Shown in pieces: positions 20,729 to 31,124 of a stretch of 64,000 nucleotides of DNA (position 1 is the first letter of the stretch; every line of letters starts with the position of its first letter). The position numbers were made by a program, and so were the translations under genes. Under the pieces are notes generated by a model, which had not been told where the DNA came from, ran no database searches, and saw nothing but the letters and a program-made list of their open reading frames with translations. The stretch lies in IMG/VR virus record IMGVR_UViG_3300027244_000003; one strand, given 5' to 3'. Source of the DNA: a virus.

Positions 20729-22522
20729 ATGGAAATTGTGCATGGCATAAAGGTTGACTACAACCGAGATAGTTTGTTTGACGAGTTGGGTAGAATTAGA
20801 TTAAAAGAAAGTTACATGAAGGATGATGAGGTAAGTCCACAAGAGAGATTTGCTTTTGTCAGTAAAACATTTGGGAGCAATGAAGAACATGCGCAGAGAT
20901 TATACGACTACAGTAGCAATCATTGGCTCAGTTATTCTACTCCCATTCTTTCTTTTGGTCGCAGTAAGCGTGGTCTGCCTATATCATGTTTCCTTAATTA
21001 TATTGAAGATACAGCGGAGGGTCTAGTTGATAATCTATCTGAAACAAATTGGCTTAGTATGTTGGGCGGTGGTGTTGGGATTGGCTTTGGTATTCGTTCG
21101 GCTGACGATAAAAGTACTGGCGTTATGCCTCACCTCAAAATGTATGACGCATCTAGTTTGGCATACCGTCAGGGTCGCACCCGTCGTGGCAGTTATGCTG
21201 CTTACTTATCTATTGACCATCCAGATATCATCAGTTTTTTAGAGATGCGCAAGCCTACAGGCGACCAAAACATGCGTACTCTAAACATGCACCATGGGAT
21301 TAATATCCCAGATGCATTCATGGAAATCGTTGAAAAGTCAATGCTTGATTCTGATTTTGATGATTCTTGGAAATTGGTTGATCCAGCGTCAAATGAAGTT
21401 CGTGAAACAGTTTCTGCAAAAGAACTTTGGCAACGCATTCTTGAAATGCGTATGATGACTGGTGAACCATATCTACACTTCATTGATGAGTCTAATCGTA
21501 AGATGCCTCAACACTTGAAAGATCTTGGATTAAAAATCAACCAGTCCAATCTCTGTTCGGAAATTATTCTTCCAACTAATGAGAAGCGAACAGCTGTTTG
21601 TTGTTTGTCATCATTGAATTTGGAATACTATGATGAATGGAAAGATCATCCTTTATTCTTAAAAGATGTAGCTGAGATGCTTGATAATGTTCTTCAATAT
21701 TTTATTGACCATGCACCATCTTCTATTAAACGTGCTAAGTATTCTGCACAGCGTGAACGCAGCATTGGTATTGGTGCATTAGGTTGGCATGCTTATCTTC
21801 AAAAGAATAATTTGCCATGGGAATCTCCGATGTCTGTTGGTAGAAACAAACAGATTTTCAAAACAATTAGGGAGAAATTAAATGAAGCGAATATTGAATT
21901 GGGTAAAGAGCGTGGAGAAGCACCAGATTGTGTGGGCACTGGATATAGGTTTAGTCATCTTATGGCTATTGCTCCCAATGCTTCTTCTTCCATTCTTATG
22001 GGGAATACTAGTCCTAGCATTGAACCTTATCGTGCCAATGCGTATCGACAAGATACTCTCTCAGGTTCTCACTTAAACAAGAATCGTTACCTTGATGTGG
22101 TTATTCAGAATGAATCAAAAACTCATAAAGAAGGTTGGGCAGACGAAGTATGGTCTAGTATCATTGCGAATGATGGTTCAGTTCAGCACCTCGATTGGAT
22201 GGAAGACTGGACAAAAGATGTTTTCAAGACTTCTATGGAAATCGACCAGCGTTGGGTCGTTCAACATGCGTCCGACAGACAAGAATATATTGACCAAGCA
22301 CAATCGTTGAATGTGTTCTTTAGACCAGACAGTCATATCAAATACATCCATGCTGTGCATTTCCAAGCATGGAAACAAGGATTAAAGACTATGTACTACT
22401 GTCGCAGTGATAAGATCGCCAAAGCAGATAAAGTATCTAAGCGTATCGAACGTGAGGTTATCAAAGAGATTGATCTTCATGCACTAACAGAAGGTAATGA
22501 TTGTCTGGCATGTGAGGGTTAA
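20729..22522 (+). CDS. nrdA: Class I ribonucleotide reductase alpha subunit
   Basis: ISCFL, SNLCSEI, APNASSS, TMYY, C-terminal CLACEG. Confidence 0.95.
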   Translation: MEIVHGIKVDYNRDSLFDELGRIRLKESYMKDDEVSPQERFAFVSKTFGSNEEHAQRLYDYSSNHWLSYSTPILSFGRSKRGLPISCFLNYIEDTAEGLVDNLSETNWLSMLGGGVGIGFGIRSADDKSTGVMPHLKMYDASSLAYRQGRTRRGSYAAYLSIDHPDIISFLEMRKPTGDQNMRTLNMHHGINIPDAFMEIVEKSMLDSDFDDSWKLVDPASNEVRETVSAKELWQRILEMRMMTGEPYLHFIDESNRKMPQHLKDLGLKINQSNLCSEIILPTNEKRTAVCCLSSLNLEYYDEWKDHPLFLKDVAEMLDNVLQYFIDHAPSSIKRAKYSAQRERSIGIGALGWHAYLQKNNLPWESPMSVGRNKQIFKTIREKLNEANIELGKERGEAPDCVGTGYRFSHLMAIAPNASSSILMGNTSPSIEPYRANAYRQDTLSGSHLNKNRYLDVVIQNESKTHKEGWADEVWSSIIANDGSVQHLDWMEDWTKDVFKTSMEIDQRWVVQHASDRQEYIDQAQSLNVFFRPDSHIKYIHAVHFQAWKQGLKTMYYCRSDKIAKADKVSKRIEREVIKEIDLHALTEGNDCLACEG

Positions 22523-22524
22523 TA

Positions 22525-23064
22525 ATGTTAGAAGGTATAAATCAGTGGGACTCTTTCTTCACAAAAGAAGAATATGATAATGTTGACAAAGAACTATTAA
22601 ATCATGAGTGGGTTTTTGGTGCCAGTCCCAATAATAATTTACTTGAAGGTAATAAGGTAAGACAATTCTGGTATAAAGACTTGATGGAGTCTGAATATAT
22701 TAAAGAGTTGTTTAGATTCAGAACAGAAGATTATCTAAATGCAAAAGTAGAGACAATGCGTCTCTACGCAAATGGACAATCACATGGAATGGCAGGACAT
22801 ATACATGAGGATGTTCCACCAGATGAACCTGGAATTTGTGGTAGTATAGTATATTTCTTTCAGGCTGACTGGAAACCAGAATATGGTGGGCATTTAATCT
22901 TCTTGTCACCAGAAGATCCAAACAGAGTGATGTTGTCAGTATTCCCGAGATCAAACTCCGCAGTTATATTCAACTCAAAGTTATCTCACATGGCATTCGA
23001 TCCATCAGTATACTGTACAAATCAAAGAATAAGCATAGCATATAAATTTAGGGTAAAAGAATGA
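22525..23064 (+). CDS. 2OG-Fe(II) oxygenase
   Basis: HED...W..EYGG.L...H...RISIAYK. Confidence 0.75.
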   Translation: MLEGINQWDSFFTKEEYDNVDKELLNHEWVFGASPNNNLLEGNKVRQFWYKDLMESEYIKELFRFRTEDYLNAKVETMRLYANGQSHGMAGHIHEDVPPDEPGICGSIVYFFQADWKPEYGGHLIFLSPEDPNRVMLSVFPRSNSAVIFNSKLSHMAFDPSVYCTNQRISIAYKFRVKE

Positions 23065-24053
23065 TAGCAAAAACAAAATCAAATCTAACAGATCAACGAA
23101 CATATTTCAAACCATTTAATTATCCATGGGCTTATGACGCATGGTTAAAACATGAACAAAGTCATTGGCTTCATACAGAAGTTCCAATGGCTGAAGACGT
23201 TAAAGATTGGAAGAAAAAACTAACTAATGAAGAAAAACACTTCCTCACAAATATCTTTCGATTCTTTACACAGGGTGATATCGACGTGGCTGGTGGCTAT
23301 GTTAACAATTATCTACCTTACTTCCCTCAGCCTGAGATTCGTATGATGCTTATGGGGTTTGCTGCACGTGAAGCACTTCACATTGCTGCTTACTCACATC
23401 TGATTGAAACTCTCGGCATGCCTGAATCCACTTACAATGAATTTCTTGAATATCAAGAGATGCGTGACAAGCATGATTACGTTACAGAATTAAGTTCCAA
23501 GAATGGAACACTCTCTTCAACTGCAACCCACATTGCCGTGTTCAGTGCTTTCACTGAAGGGATGCAGTTGTTCTCTTCGTTCATCATGCTTCTTAACTTT
23601 CCTCGTCATGGTATGATGAAGGGAATGGGACAAATCGTTACTTGGTCTATCGTTGATGAAACAATGCACTCCGAGAATATGATTCGTCTGTTCAAAGAGT
23701 TTATTAAAGAAAATAATGAAATCTGGAATGATGAACTAAAAGGAAAGATTTATACCATTGCTGAGAAGATGGTTGAACTTGAAGATAAATTCATCGATCT
23801 CTGTTATGCCAATGGTGATATGCGTGAACTTTCTGCAGCTGATGTCAAACAATATATTCGTTATATTGCTGATCGTAGATTGATCAGTCTCGGCATGAAA
23901 GGTATCTACAAAGTCAAACGCAATCCATTACCATGGGTTGAAGAAATGATCAATGCGCCAGTGCATGGTAACTTCTTTGAGAATCGTGTGACAGATTATG
24001 CTAAAGGTGCTTTGTCTGGTAGCTGGAATGATGTATGGGGGAAAGCAGCATGA
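23061..24053 (+). CDS. nrdB: Ribonucleotide reductase beta subunit
   Basis: REALHIAAY, EGMQLFSSF, DETMH, NFFE. Confidence 0.95.
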   Translation: MIAKTKSNLTDQRTYFKPFNYPWAYDAWLKHEQSHWLHTEVPMAEDVKDWKKKLTNEEKHFLTNIFRFFTQGDIDVAGGYVNNYLPYFPQPEIRMMLMGFAAREALHIAAYSHLIETLGMPESTYNEFLEYQEMRDKHDYVTELSSKNGTLSSTATHIAVFSAFTEGMQLFSSFIMLLNFPRHGMMKGMGQIVTWSIVDETMHSENMIRLFKEFIKENNEIWNDELKGKIYTIAEKMVELEDKFIDLCYANGDMRELSAADVKQYIRYIADRRLISLGMKGIYKVKRNPLPWVEEMINAPVHGNFFENRVTDYAKGALSGSWNDVWGKAA

Positions 24054-24199
24054 TAGTAAAACAATTTAATTGCAATCATTGCGATGCAGAAGGAAAGATA
24101 ACAATAAAGGGTGATGACTTTAATTTCGAAGATATCGTTCATTGCCCACTATGTGGTTCTGACATTTATGAAGAAGAAGGGTTAGACGAGGATGAATAA
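24050..24199 (+). CDS. Small zinc-ribbon protein with acidic tail (49 aa, not in ORF track)
   Basis: MIVKQFNCNHCDAEG...HCPLCGSDIYEEEGLDEDE; ATGA overlap with the nrdB stop. Confidence 0.7.
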   Translation: MIVKQFNCNHCDAEGKITIKGDDFNFEDIVHCPLCGSDIYEEEGLDEDE

Positions 24200-24208
24200 A
24201 TATGTCTT

Positions 24209-24631
24209 ATGTGGACATATCAAAATATCATTGTTGAAGAATTACCCGAATGTGTTGGCTTTGTTTATTTAATTACGAACAAAGCCAACAGTCGTATGTA
24301 TGTGGGGAAGAAACTATCAAAGTTTTCTAAAACATCCTACAAAATGGTCACATTAAAAAATGGGACTAAGAAACGAAAGAAAATCAAATCTAAGATAGAT
24401 TCTGATTGGTTAGATTATTATGGTTCCAGCGAAGAACTAAATAAAGATATACAGTCTCTGGGTAAGGAATCCTTTACTCGAGAGATTTTATTCTTTTGTA
24501 AATCAAAGGCTGAGTGTTCTTATATCGAGGCACGAGAGCAATTTGCAAGGAAAGTACTAGAGTCCGATGCATACTATAATGGACAGATATCTGTTCGAGT
24601 GCATGGATCTCATATAAAAAATAAACTATGA
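24209..24631 (+). CDS. GIY-YIG endonuclease-like protein
   Basis: GFVYLITN...MYVGKK, YYGSS, YYN. Confidence 0.8.
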   Translation: MWTYQNIIVEELPECVGFVYLITNKANSRMYVGKKLSKFSKTSYKMVTLKNGTKKRKKIKSKIDSDWLDYYGSSEELNKDIQSLGKESFTREILFFCKSKAECSYIEAREQFARKVLESDAYYNGQISVRVHGSHIKNKL

Positions 24632-25779
24632 CATATCTACTATTCGCAGTAGCATTATCCCTTTCAGCTGTTGCAGCATGGTACGCCATTGCTGGACTTT
24701 GCGCAATTTTTGCTGCAGCAGTGATACCGATTGCCATTATGGGTTCTCTGTTAGAAGCAGCAAAACTTGTAGTTGCATCATGGCTTTATAGAAACTGGAA
24801 TGAAATTCCAAAACTTATGAAGTCATATTTCACAGTATCATTAGTAATTTTGATGTTGTTAACTTCTATGGGTATCTTTGGTTTCTTATCAAAAGCCCAC
24901 TTAGATCAAGCAATACCAACAGGTGATGTTCAATCAAAGTTAGCTCTCATAGATGAAAAGATAAAAACCGAAAAGGAGAATATCAATGCAAGCCGTAAAG
25001 AACTTACTCAACTCGATGCTCAAGTGGATCAAACCCTCAGCAGAACAACCGAAGCCAGTGGAGCCGATCGTTCCATCTCCATCCGCAGAGGACAGCAAAA
25101 AGACAGAGCCAGAATCCTTACCGAAATCGGTGCAGCGCAAACCAAGATCGCCAAGTACAACGAAGAACGTGCCCCGATCGCCAGCGAAGTCCGTAAAGTC
25201 GAAGCCGAAGTCGGTCCAATAAAATACATTGCTGCAGTATTGTATGGTGATAATCCAGAAACAGACATATTAGAAAAAGCTGTTCGTTTCGTTACAATGC
25301 TTATCGTAGTAGTGTTTGATCCACTGGCTGTACTATTATTGATAGCAGCAAACTGGAATCTTTCACGTAGTAATAAAAAAGAAATAATTGATGCTGGAAC
25401 TTTACCTGCTGAAGAACCACCAAAAGATCATATTTTAAATATAGAAGATAATATCGAGTCTGAAGATAAAGTTACACCTATTCAGACCGATACTATAACA
25501 GAAGAAGATCTTGCTGTAACAGAACAGACTCATACGAAAGATTGGGAGCCAGAGTTATTTAATACTCTCCCGAATACCTACGTGACTCCTAAAGCAAATC
25601 ACTTTATGACAAGCGTAAGAGAATTTCTTAAACCGAACAGAGATACTGCTCCAGGAGTTTCAGTTAAGACTATTGAGTATGATTCTGCAGGAAGAAGGAT
25701 TACTCCTACAACTGAAGAAGAACGAGCTAAAACTATAGAAAAAGAAGTGGAAGATTTGCAAGACAAAAAACCTAAATAG
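24628..25779 (+). CDS. Multi-TM membrane protein with coiled coil
   Basis: Three N-terminal TMs, GIFGFLSKAH, EVGPIKYIA, FDPLAV. Confidence 0.7.
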   Translation: MTYLLFAVALSLSAVAAWYAIAGLCAIFAAAVIPIAIMGSLLEAAKLVVASWLYRNWNEIPKLMKSYFTVSLVILMLLTSMGIFGFLSKAHLDQAIPTGDVQSKLALIDEKIKTEKENINASRKELTQLDAQVDQTLSRTTEASGADRSISIRRGQQKDRARILTEIGAAQTKIAKYNEERAPIASEVRKVEAEVGPIKYIAAVLYGDNPETDILEKAVRFVTMLIVVVFDPLAVLLLIAANWNLSRSNKKEIIDAGTLPAEEPPKDHILNIEDNIESEDKVTPIQTDTITEEDLAVTEQTHTKDWEPELFNTLPNTYVTPKANHFMTSVREFLKPNRDTAPGVSVKTIEYDSAGRRITPTTEEERAKTIEKEVEDLQDKKPK

Positions 25780-25809
25780 ATCATAAGAATAACTATATGG
25801 GTTTAGCAA

Positions 25810-26367
25810 ATGGCAGAAATCAAAGTAGAAGCAAAACCTCTTTCTCGTTCTGAGAAAGAAGCACAAATCAAAGACAAAGCGGGGATGGTAATCTGCATTT
25901 TAGCAGCATTACTAGCCATCAACACACTTGTTGGTGGATCAAACTCAAGCAAAATCCTAAACAACACAATCGAAGCCAACAACACTTGGGCATTTTATCA
26001 AGCAAAGTCTATTAAGCAGACTTTAGCAGAAATGGCATATGACGATGCAGTTCGTGCCAATGATAAGAAAAAGTCAGAAGTACTAAAAAGCAAAATTGAC
26101 AGATATGAAACCGATCCAAAAACTGGAGAGGGTAAAGTTGAATTGATGGCAAAGGCTAGAGGATTAGAAGCTGAACGATCAGTAGCTAAACAGCGCAGTC
26201 CTTTCTATACTTACGCAGGCAGTTTACTACAAATAGCAATTGTTTTATTGACAGCTAGTATTCTAGCAGTTAATCAAAATATGTTTAAAGCCAGTGTTGC
26301 AGTCGGAGCACTTGGAGCCTTTATTATGTCTCAGGCAGTTTGGTTATGGATTCCATTGATGATTTAA
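25810..26367 (+). CDS. DUF4337-like membrane protein
   Basis: WAFYQAKSIK, LQIAIVL. Confidence 0.65.
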   Translation: MAEIKVEAKPLSRSEKEAQIKDKAGMVICILAALLAINTLVGGSNSSKILNNTIEANNTWAFYQAKSIKQTLAEMAYDDAVRANDKKKSEVLKSKIDRYETDPKTGEGKVELMAKARGLEAERSVAKQRSPFYTYAGSLLQIAIVLLTASILAVNQNMFKASVAVGALGAFIMSQAVWLWIPLMI

Positions 26368-26385
26368 CATAATCAGGAGAATGTT

Positions 26386-27000
26386 GTGGATCCGATTACT
26401 ATTGGGTTGGCTTTTACTGCAGCCCAATCAGCAGTTGGTTACATCAAGCAAGCCATTGCATTGGGTAAGGACATAAACAGTCTATCAGGACAGTTTAGTA
26501 AGTTCTTCGAATCTTCAGATGCTATACATCGTGAACGAGCAAAGGTAAAAGCAAAGGCTAGTCGACTCGGCAAGACTGATGCTGAGTTGGGTCATGAAGC
26601 CTTGCAAATCGCTATGCATAGCGATGCTCTACGTCAAGCAGAGCGTGATCTTAAAGATATGATTCTTTGGCAATTGGGTAAGCCTGAACTGTGGGAACAC
26701 ATGATCAAGGAACGTACTAGATTGTTCAAGGAACGTGCAGAAGCAGAGCGTGAAGAAGCTGAGCGTGTATTAGCCCACAAAAAGAAAATGGCTGATATGT
26801 TTATTTTTGGCATGTATTTTCTAGCGGTATCTGCTATTGTATTTGCATTTATTATGGGTGGTGTTGGTATTTATGCTCAAGCAGAAGAAAAAAGAATTTA
26901 TGAACAAAAGCTGGCACAAAGAAATCTAGTTCTGCGCCAGCAACAAAAAGAACGTGAAGCACGTGAAAAGAAAGAACGTGAAGATTATGCTAAAAATTAA
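26386..27000 (+). CDS. Membrane-anchored coiled-coil protein (paralog of 27274)
   Basis: MDPIT N-terminus, helical body, one TM. Confidence 0.65.
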   Translation: MDPITIGLAFTAAQSAVGYIKQAIALGKDINSLSGQFSKFFESSDAIHRERAKVKAKASRLGKTDAELGHEALQIAMHSDALRQAERDLKDMILWQLGKPELWEHMIKERTRLFKERAEAEREEAERVLAHKKKMADMFIFGMYFLAVSAIVFAFIMGGVGIYAQAEEKRIYEQKLAQRNLVLRQQQKEREAREKKEREDYAKN

Positions 27001-27132
27001 AGGATATGAAGTATGCACTTCAACATAATTATTACAACGAACGATTTAATATTCCTTTTATCTACGATACCCTTATTGATGGTTTTTACTGTAATGTTTA
27101 AAGACTGGCTTAAAGATCGGAAATAGAGTAAG

Positions 27133-27273
27133 ATGTATGAATGGATCTTAGCGTTAGCACTTGCGCAAGAACCTGTTAAAAAATGGCCAGAATGGGAATG
27201 TGTGCGATGGACATGGACTGGTGATGTTTATGAACGTCGTGTAGTTTGTTTAGAGTGGAGAAGGAGGAAATAG
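27133..27273 (+). CDS. Small Trp/Cys-rich protein (not in ORF track)
   Basis: MYEWILALALAQ...ECVRWTWTGDVYERRVVCLEWRRRK; stop abuts the next ATG. Confidence 0.55.
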   Translation: MYEWILALALAQEPVKKWPEWECVRWTWTGDVYERRVVCLEWRRRK

Positions 27274-28044
27274 ATGGATCCTCTAACACTCTTTGCACTG
27301 GCCAATGGAGCAGTTTCTGCGATCAAGGCTGGGTGTAAATTATACAAAGATATCAAAGGTGCAGCTGGAGATATAAAGGATGTGCTCAAAGATCTGGATG
27401 AGCAGTTTCATGGTAACTATGCAGCAAAGGGAAAGAAACCACCACCCGAAGCAATTAAACAGTTTAATGAAGAAAAATCTAGAATAAAAGATTTAAACAA
27501 GAAAGACACTGGTGACATTTATTTTGAACTTGGTCAACATCTTGGTGCTTTCTTTGACAACCAAGCAAAGTGTATAGCAGTATTTGAGGCAGAAGAAAAA
27601 CGATCATATGATTTATATACAGGTGATGATTCTCTAGGAAATCGTGCTCTTCAAAGAGTTTTGATGAAAAAGAAACTTGAGCAGATGGAAGTTGAGTTGC
27701 GTGAGATAATGATTTATCAAAGCCCACCTGAATTGGGTGCATTATGGACTGAGGTGTTACAACAATCTAAGGTATTAAATGCAAGACAGTCTGCGGCACT
27801 CAAGCGTCATATTCAGATGCAAATGCAGCATGATAGAGAACATGCAGAATTGATGAGAAAGATAAAAACATTTTTTAAATGGTTTGCTATTTTTATGGGT
27901 GTGATTTTTCTTACAATGTCTGTAATGTGGTTTGTGGTACAAGACAGGATACAAAAGTATCCACAGTTGGGGACTGATTGGGTTCCTAAAACTGATCAAC
28001 AAAGAAGACAAGAAGCCATGCCCAAACAATATATTGGACGCTAA
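27274..28044 (+). CDS. Membrane-anchored coiled-coil protein (paralog of 26386)
   Basis: MDPLT N-terminus, FF...E.ELRE.MI...LW pattern shared with 26386, one TM. Confidence 0.65.
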   Translation: MDPLTLFALANGAVSAIKAGCKLYKDIKGAAGDIKDVLKDLDEQFHGNYAAKGKKPPPEAIKQFNEEKSRIKDLNKKDTGDIYFELGQHLGAFFDNQAKCIAVFEAEEKRSYDLYTGDDSLGNRALQRVLMKKKLEQMEVELREIMIYQSPPELGALWTEVLQQSKVLNARQSAALKRHIQMQMQHDREHAELMRKIKTFFKWFAIFMGVIFLTMSVMWFVVQDRIQKYPQLGTDWVPKTDQQRRQEAMPKQYIGR

Positions 28045-28046
28045 AT

Positions 28047-28322
28047 ATGAAGACAATAGGATTATTACTGTTTGCTTTTTCACTGAATGTATATGCAAAC
28101 CCATTTACATACAACTATCAAGTAACCTGTGGTCCAATGGTGCCAATAATAAAATTTCTTTCTGAAAATCAACAAGAAAAATTAACATGGACAGGTTTAG
28201 ATATAGCAGATGGTTCAGTATATTCTTTGTGGGAAGATAAAGATGGTAACTGGACGCTACTAAAAAAGAGTAAAGAAATTGCTTGCATTATAGGTTCTGG
28301 CACAAAGCCAAAGATTATATAA
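28047..28322 (+). CDS. Small exported protein
   Basis: Signal peptide, two Cys. Confidence 0.6.
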   Translation: MKTIGLLLFAFSLNVYANPFTYNYQVTCGPMVPIIKFLSENQQEKLTWTGLDIADGSVYSLWEDKDGNWTLLKKSKEIACIIGSGTKPKII

Positions 28323-28332
28323 AGGGATATGA

Positions 28333-29148
28333 ATGAAGTACTTACTATCGTTATTCTTAGTAATAACAACTTTAACTGCAAATGCTTGGACTCAACGTCC
28401 ACCAGAGCCAGTTGCTAACTGTGCCACTCATAGTCCTTATGGCTGGCCAGTTGCTAATCCTGCTGTTCAGCCAATCTGTCGTCAGGCATATCTCGTTGGC
28501 TATGATGCACCAGCAAAACTTCCACGCTACGTAACTTATACACTACTACCTCAAAATGCTTTGGGGTGTGTAGCACGCACTAATGCATTCACATCAGATC
28601 AATCTATTCAAAATGGTCCAAGACCAGATGACTACGCTGGTACAGGTTACGACAAAGGACACATGAGTCCTGATGGTGACTTGTCTTGGGATCAGCAGGT
28701 GGAATATGAATCATTCCTTATGACTAATATGTCTCCACAGGCAGGTTCTCTTAATCGTGGTATCTGGAAATTATTAGAAACTGCAGTTCGTGGTTGGACT
28801 GTTCAACGCAATCAGTCGTATACAATATTCGTTGGAGGTATCTACAATGAACAAAACAAGAAAATCGGCAGTGGTGTTATTGTTCCGCATAGTTTTTACA
28901 AAATTGTTATCAATAATCAAACAGGTGAAGTTGCTGGTTGGCAATTCCCGCATGTAGCACCTTATCCTAATTTGGGTAATGATCTAACTGCTTTCCGTAA
29001 GCCAGTTGCACAAATTCAATCAGAAGCAAATGTTGCTTATTCATTCCCAGCTGGTGCAAAAGAACTAGCACCTGGAACTGAATGGCCAGTTAGTTATGGT
29101 GATTTAACTAAAGCAAAACGTGCCAAATGTGGTGGGAGTGGAGATTAA
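28333..29148 (+). CDS. Exported DNA/RNA non-specific endonuclease (NucA/EndoG family)
   Basis: Signal peptide; YDKGHM, TNMSPQ...LNRGIWK.LE. Confidence 0.9.
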   Translation: MKYLLSLFLVITTLTANAWTQRPPEPVANCATHSPYGWPVANPAVQPICRQAYLVGYDAPAKLPRYVTYTLLPQNALGCVARTNAFTSDQSIQNGPRPDDYAGTGYDKGHMSPDGDLSWDQQVEYESFLMTNMSPQAGSLNRGIWKLLETAVRGWTVQRNQSYTIFVGGIYNEQNKKIGSGVIVPHSFYKIVINNQTGEVAGWQFPHVAPYPNLGNDLTAFRKPVAQIQSEANVAYSFPAGAKELAPGTEWPVSYGDLTKAKRAKCGGSGD

Positions 29149-29538
29149 ATGGCTTACTCAGACAAAGTTATTGATCATTATGAAAATCCACGTAACGTGG
29201 GTTCTCTAGACAAAAACGATCCAACAGTTGGTACTGGTATGGTTGGTGCACCAGCATGTGGTGATGTGATGAAATTACAAATACAGGTAGATGAAGATGG
29301 TATTATTAGAGATGCTAAGTTCAAGACATATGGCTGTGGTTCAGCAATCGCCAGTTCGTCGCTGGTTACAGAGTGGGTTAAGGGTATGCATATTGATGAT
29401 GCTGTTAACTTACGCAACTCTCAGATTGCCGAAGAACTAGCATTACCTCCAGTTAAGATTCACTGCTCTATACTTGCGGAAGATGCAATCAAAGCAGCAG
29501 TAAACGACTATAAAGAAAAACATGATCTCGTTAACTGA
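29149..29538 (+). CDS. iscU: Fe-S cluster scaffold IscU
   Basis: HYENPRNVG, APACGD, GCGSA, LPPVKIHCS. Confidence 0.95.
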   Translation: MAYSDKVIDHYENPRNVGSLDKNDPTVGTGMVGAPACGDVMKLQIQVDEDGIIRDAKFKTYGCGSAIASSSLVTEWVKGMHIDDAVNLRNSQIAEELALPPVKIHCSILAEDAIKAAVNDYKEKHDLVN

Positions 29539-29848
29539 AAAAGCATACGAGAAAGTTAAATCCCAACTTCAGAAACGTGGTAAGGGTATTGGCATTCGAC
29601 TCGGTGTAAGGACTACTGGTTGCAGTGGTCTAGCATATACCATGGAATATGTTGACAAGTATGAGGCTGAAGTTGGTGTGACTAACTACGCTCAAAAAGA
29701 TTTTGCAGTTCTTGTAGATATAAAGAGTGATGCTTATCTAAATGGATTAACCATGGATTGGGTACGTAATGGGCTCAATGAAGGATTTGATTTTAGTAAT
29801 CCAAACGAAAGAGACCGCTGTGGTTGCGGAGAAAGTTTCAGAATATGA
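29522..29848 (+). CDS. iscA: A-type Fe-S carrier IscA
   Basis: [16 protein letters not shown]. Confidence 0.9.
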   Translation: MISLTEKAYEKVKSQLQKRGKGIGIRLGVRTTGCSGLAYTMEYVDKYEAEVGVTNYAQKDFAVLVDIKSDAYLNGLTMDWVRNGLNEGFDFSNPNERDRCGCGESFRI

Positions 29849-30168
29849 TAACAATAACAGAGTCAGCAAAGACAAAAATTCTAGATCTTTTCGCAGAGGA
29901 AGGTAATCCTGACTTATGTTTAAGAACATTCGTACAAGGTGGTGGCTGCAGCGGAATGAGTTATGGATTTACATTCGATGAGGTAATGAACGAAGATGAT
30001 TTTGAAATACCTCTTGAGAAAACTAAAATACTAATAGACTCAATGAGCATGCAATATCTAACAGGAGCAACTGTGGATTACAAAGAAGATATACAAGGCT
30101 CACAATTTGTCATAACCAATCCAAATGCTCAATCAACCTGCGGATGTGGAAGTTCGTTTAGCGTATGA
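29845..30168 (+). CDS. erpA: A-type Fe-S carrier ErpA
   Basis: [25 protein letters not shown]. Confidence 0.85.
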   Translation: MITITESAKTKILDLFAEEGNPDLCLRTFVQGGGCSGMSYGFTFDEVMNEDDFEIPLEKTKILIDSMSMQYLTGATVDYKEDIQGSQFVITNPNAQSTCGCGSSFSV

Positions 30169-30515
30169 AAAAACTTATACTACTATCACTGGTTCTGTGT
30201 TTAAATGGTTGCTCTGTTATTGCGCTATGGCCAAAACCACACGATCCAGTTATGTTTGATAATCTAGTTTCTACAAAGATTGCAGTTGAGAAGTTAAATT
30301 GTGACGACAAGAACTGGACAGATGCTGAAACTAAACTTCAACATCTTAAGGTTTATACTGAGTTGAGAAAAGATCCTCAGGCTATATCAATTGCTCAGCT
30401 ACAAGAAGCAATTAGTAAAGCCAAAGCATCTGATAAAAAATTGTTCTGTGAATCAATCCTTAAAATTAATAAAACAAGAATAGACGTCATAGTTGACGCA
30501 TGGAGAGGAAGATAA
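30165..30515 (+). CDS. Putative lipoprotein
   Basis: Lipobox LNGC. Confidence 0.6.
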   Translation: MKKLILLSLVLCLNGCSVIALWPKPHDPVMFDNLVSTKIAVEKLNCDDKNWTDAETKLQHLKVYTELRKDPQAISIAQLQEAISKAKASDKKLFCESILKINKTRIDVIVDAWRGR

Positions 30516-30516
30516 A

Positions 30517-30894
30517 ATGGAATTAGACCAAATCAAAGAAAAGATGAGTGCTGGCGAAGCCAAGGGCGCACTGATCGAAAAGGTAACATTTGCTGTGCTA
30601 CCCATCATGTTTACCTGTGTGGTATACTTGATGAATGCGCTGAGTAATGTTAATCATCAACTCACCATTCTCGAAAGCAAGATGCAGTTGGTTGTGACAT
30701 CAGACAACAAACAAGCACCAAACATGGGTGCTGAACTGGCTCGTGAAAAACTACGCCAAGACTTTATGCAGGCTAACACAGAAGCACTATCCCGAAGCAG
30801 CTCCAACAAAGCTGTGCTGGACACTTTAGTATGGCGTGTGCAAGAGTTGGAAAAGCACAAAGAGAAACAATCCAACAATAGTGGGAAGAAGTAA
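30517..30894 (+). CDS. Single-TM coiled-coil protein
   Basis: TM at residues ~22-42. Confidence 0.6.
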   Translation: MELDQIKEKMSAGEAKGALIEKVTFAVLPIMFTCVVYLMNALSNVNHQLTILESKMQLVVTSDNKQAPNMGAELAREKLRQDFMQANTEALSRSSSNKAVLDTLVWRVQELEKHKEKQSNNSGKK

Positions 30895-31124
30895 TGTTGG
30901 AACAACTAAGAGAAGTAGCTGGTCTTGGTGGTCCAGCTGCAGTGTTAGCAAACGAACTTTTAGTTCTACGTGAACAATATGAATCACAACAACTAACACT
31001 GGAAGAGTTTCAGTTCTTAGTTCAACAAGTTGCAGAAGTAAAAGCAGCCCAAGAATTATCAACTGATGAACAAGCACTTCGTTACATTGTTTCTGCTGCT
31101 ACTGCGATATCTATGGTGGTATGA
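30894..31124 (+). CDS. hypothetical protein
   Basis: Coupled small ORF. Confidence 0.6.
   Translation: MLEQLREVAGLGGPAAVLANELLVLREQYESQQLTLEEFQFLVQQVAEVKAAQELSTDEQALRYIVSAATAISMVV

Noticed and set aside
24050-24199. LysW amino-group carrier protein
   Set aside because: Zinc ribbon and acidic tail are similar, but the C-terminal EDWGE signature is absent.
20729-24631. Introns or inteins in nrdA/nrdB linked to the GIY-YIG gene
   Set aside because: Both subunits are continuous and of compact length; the nuclease is free-standing.
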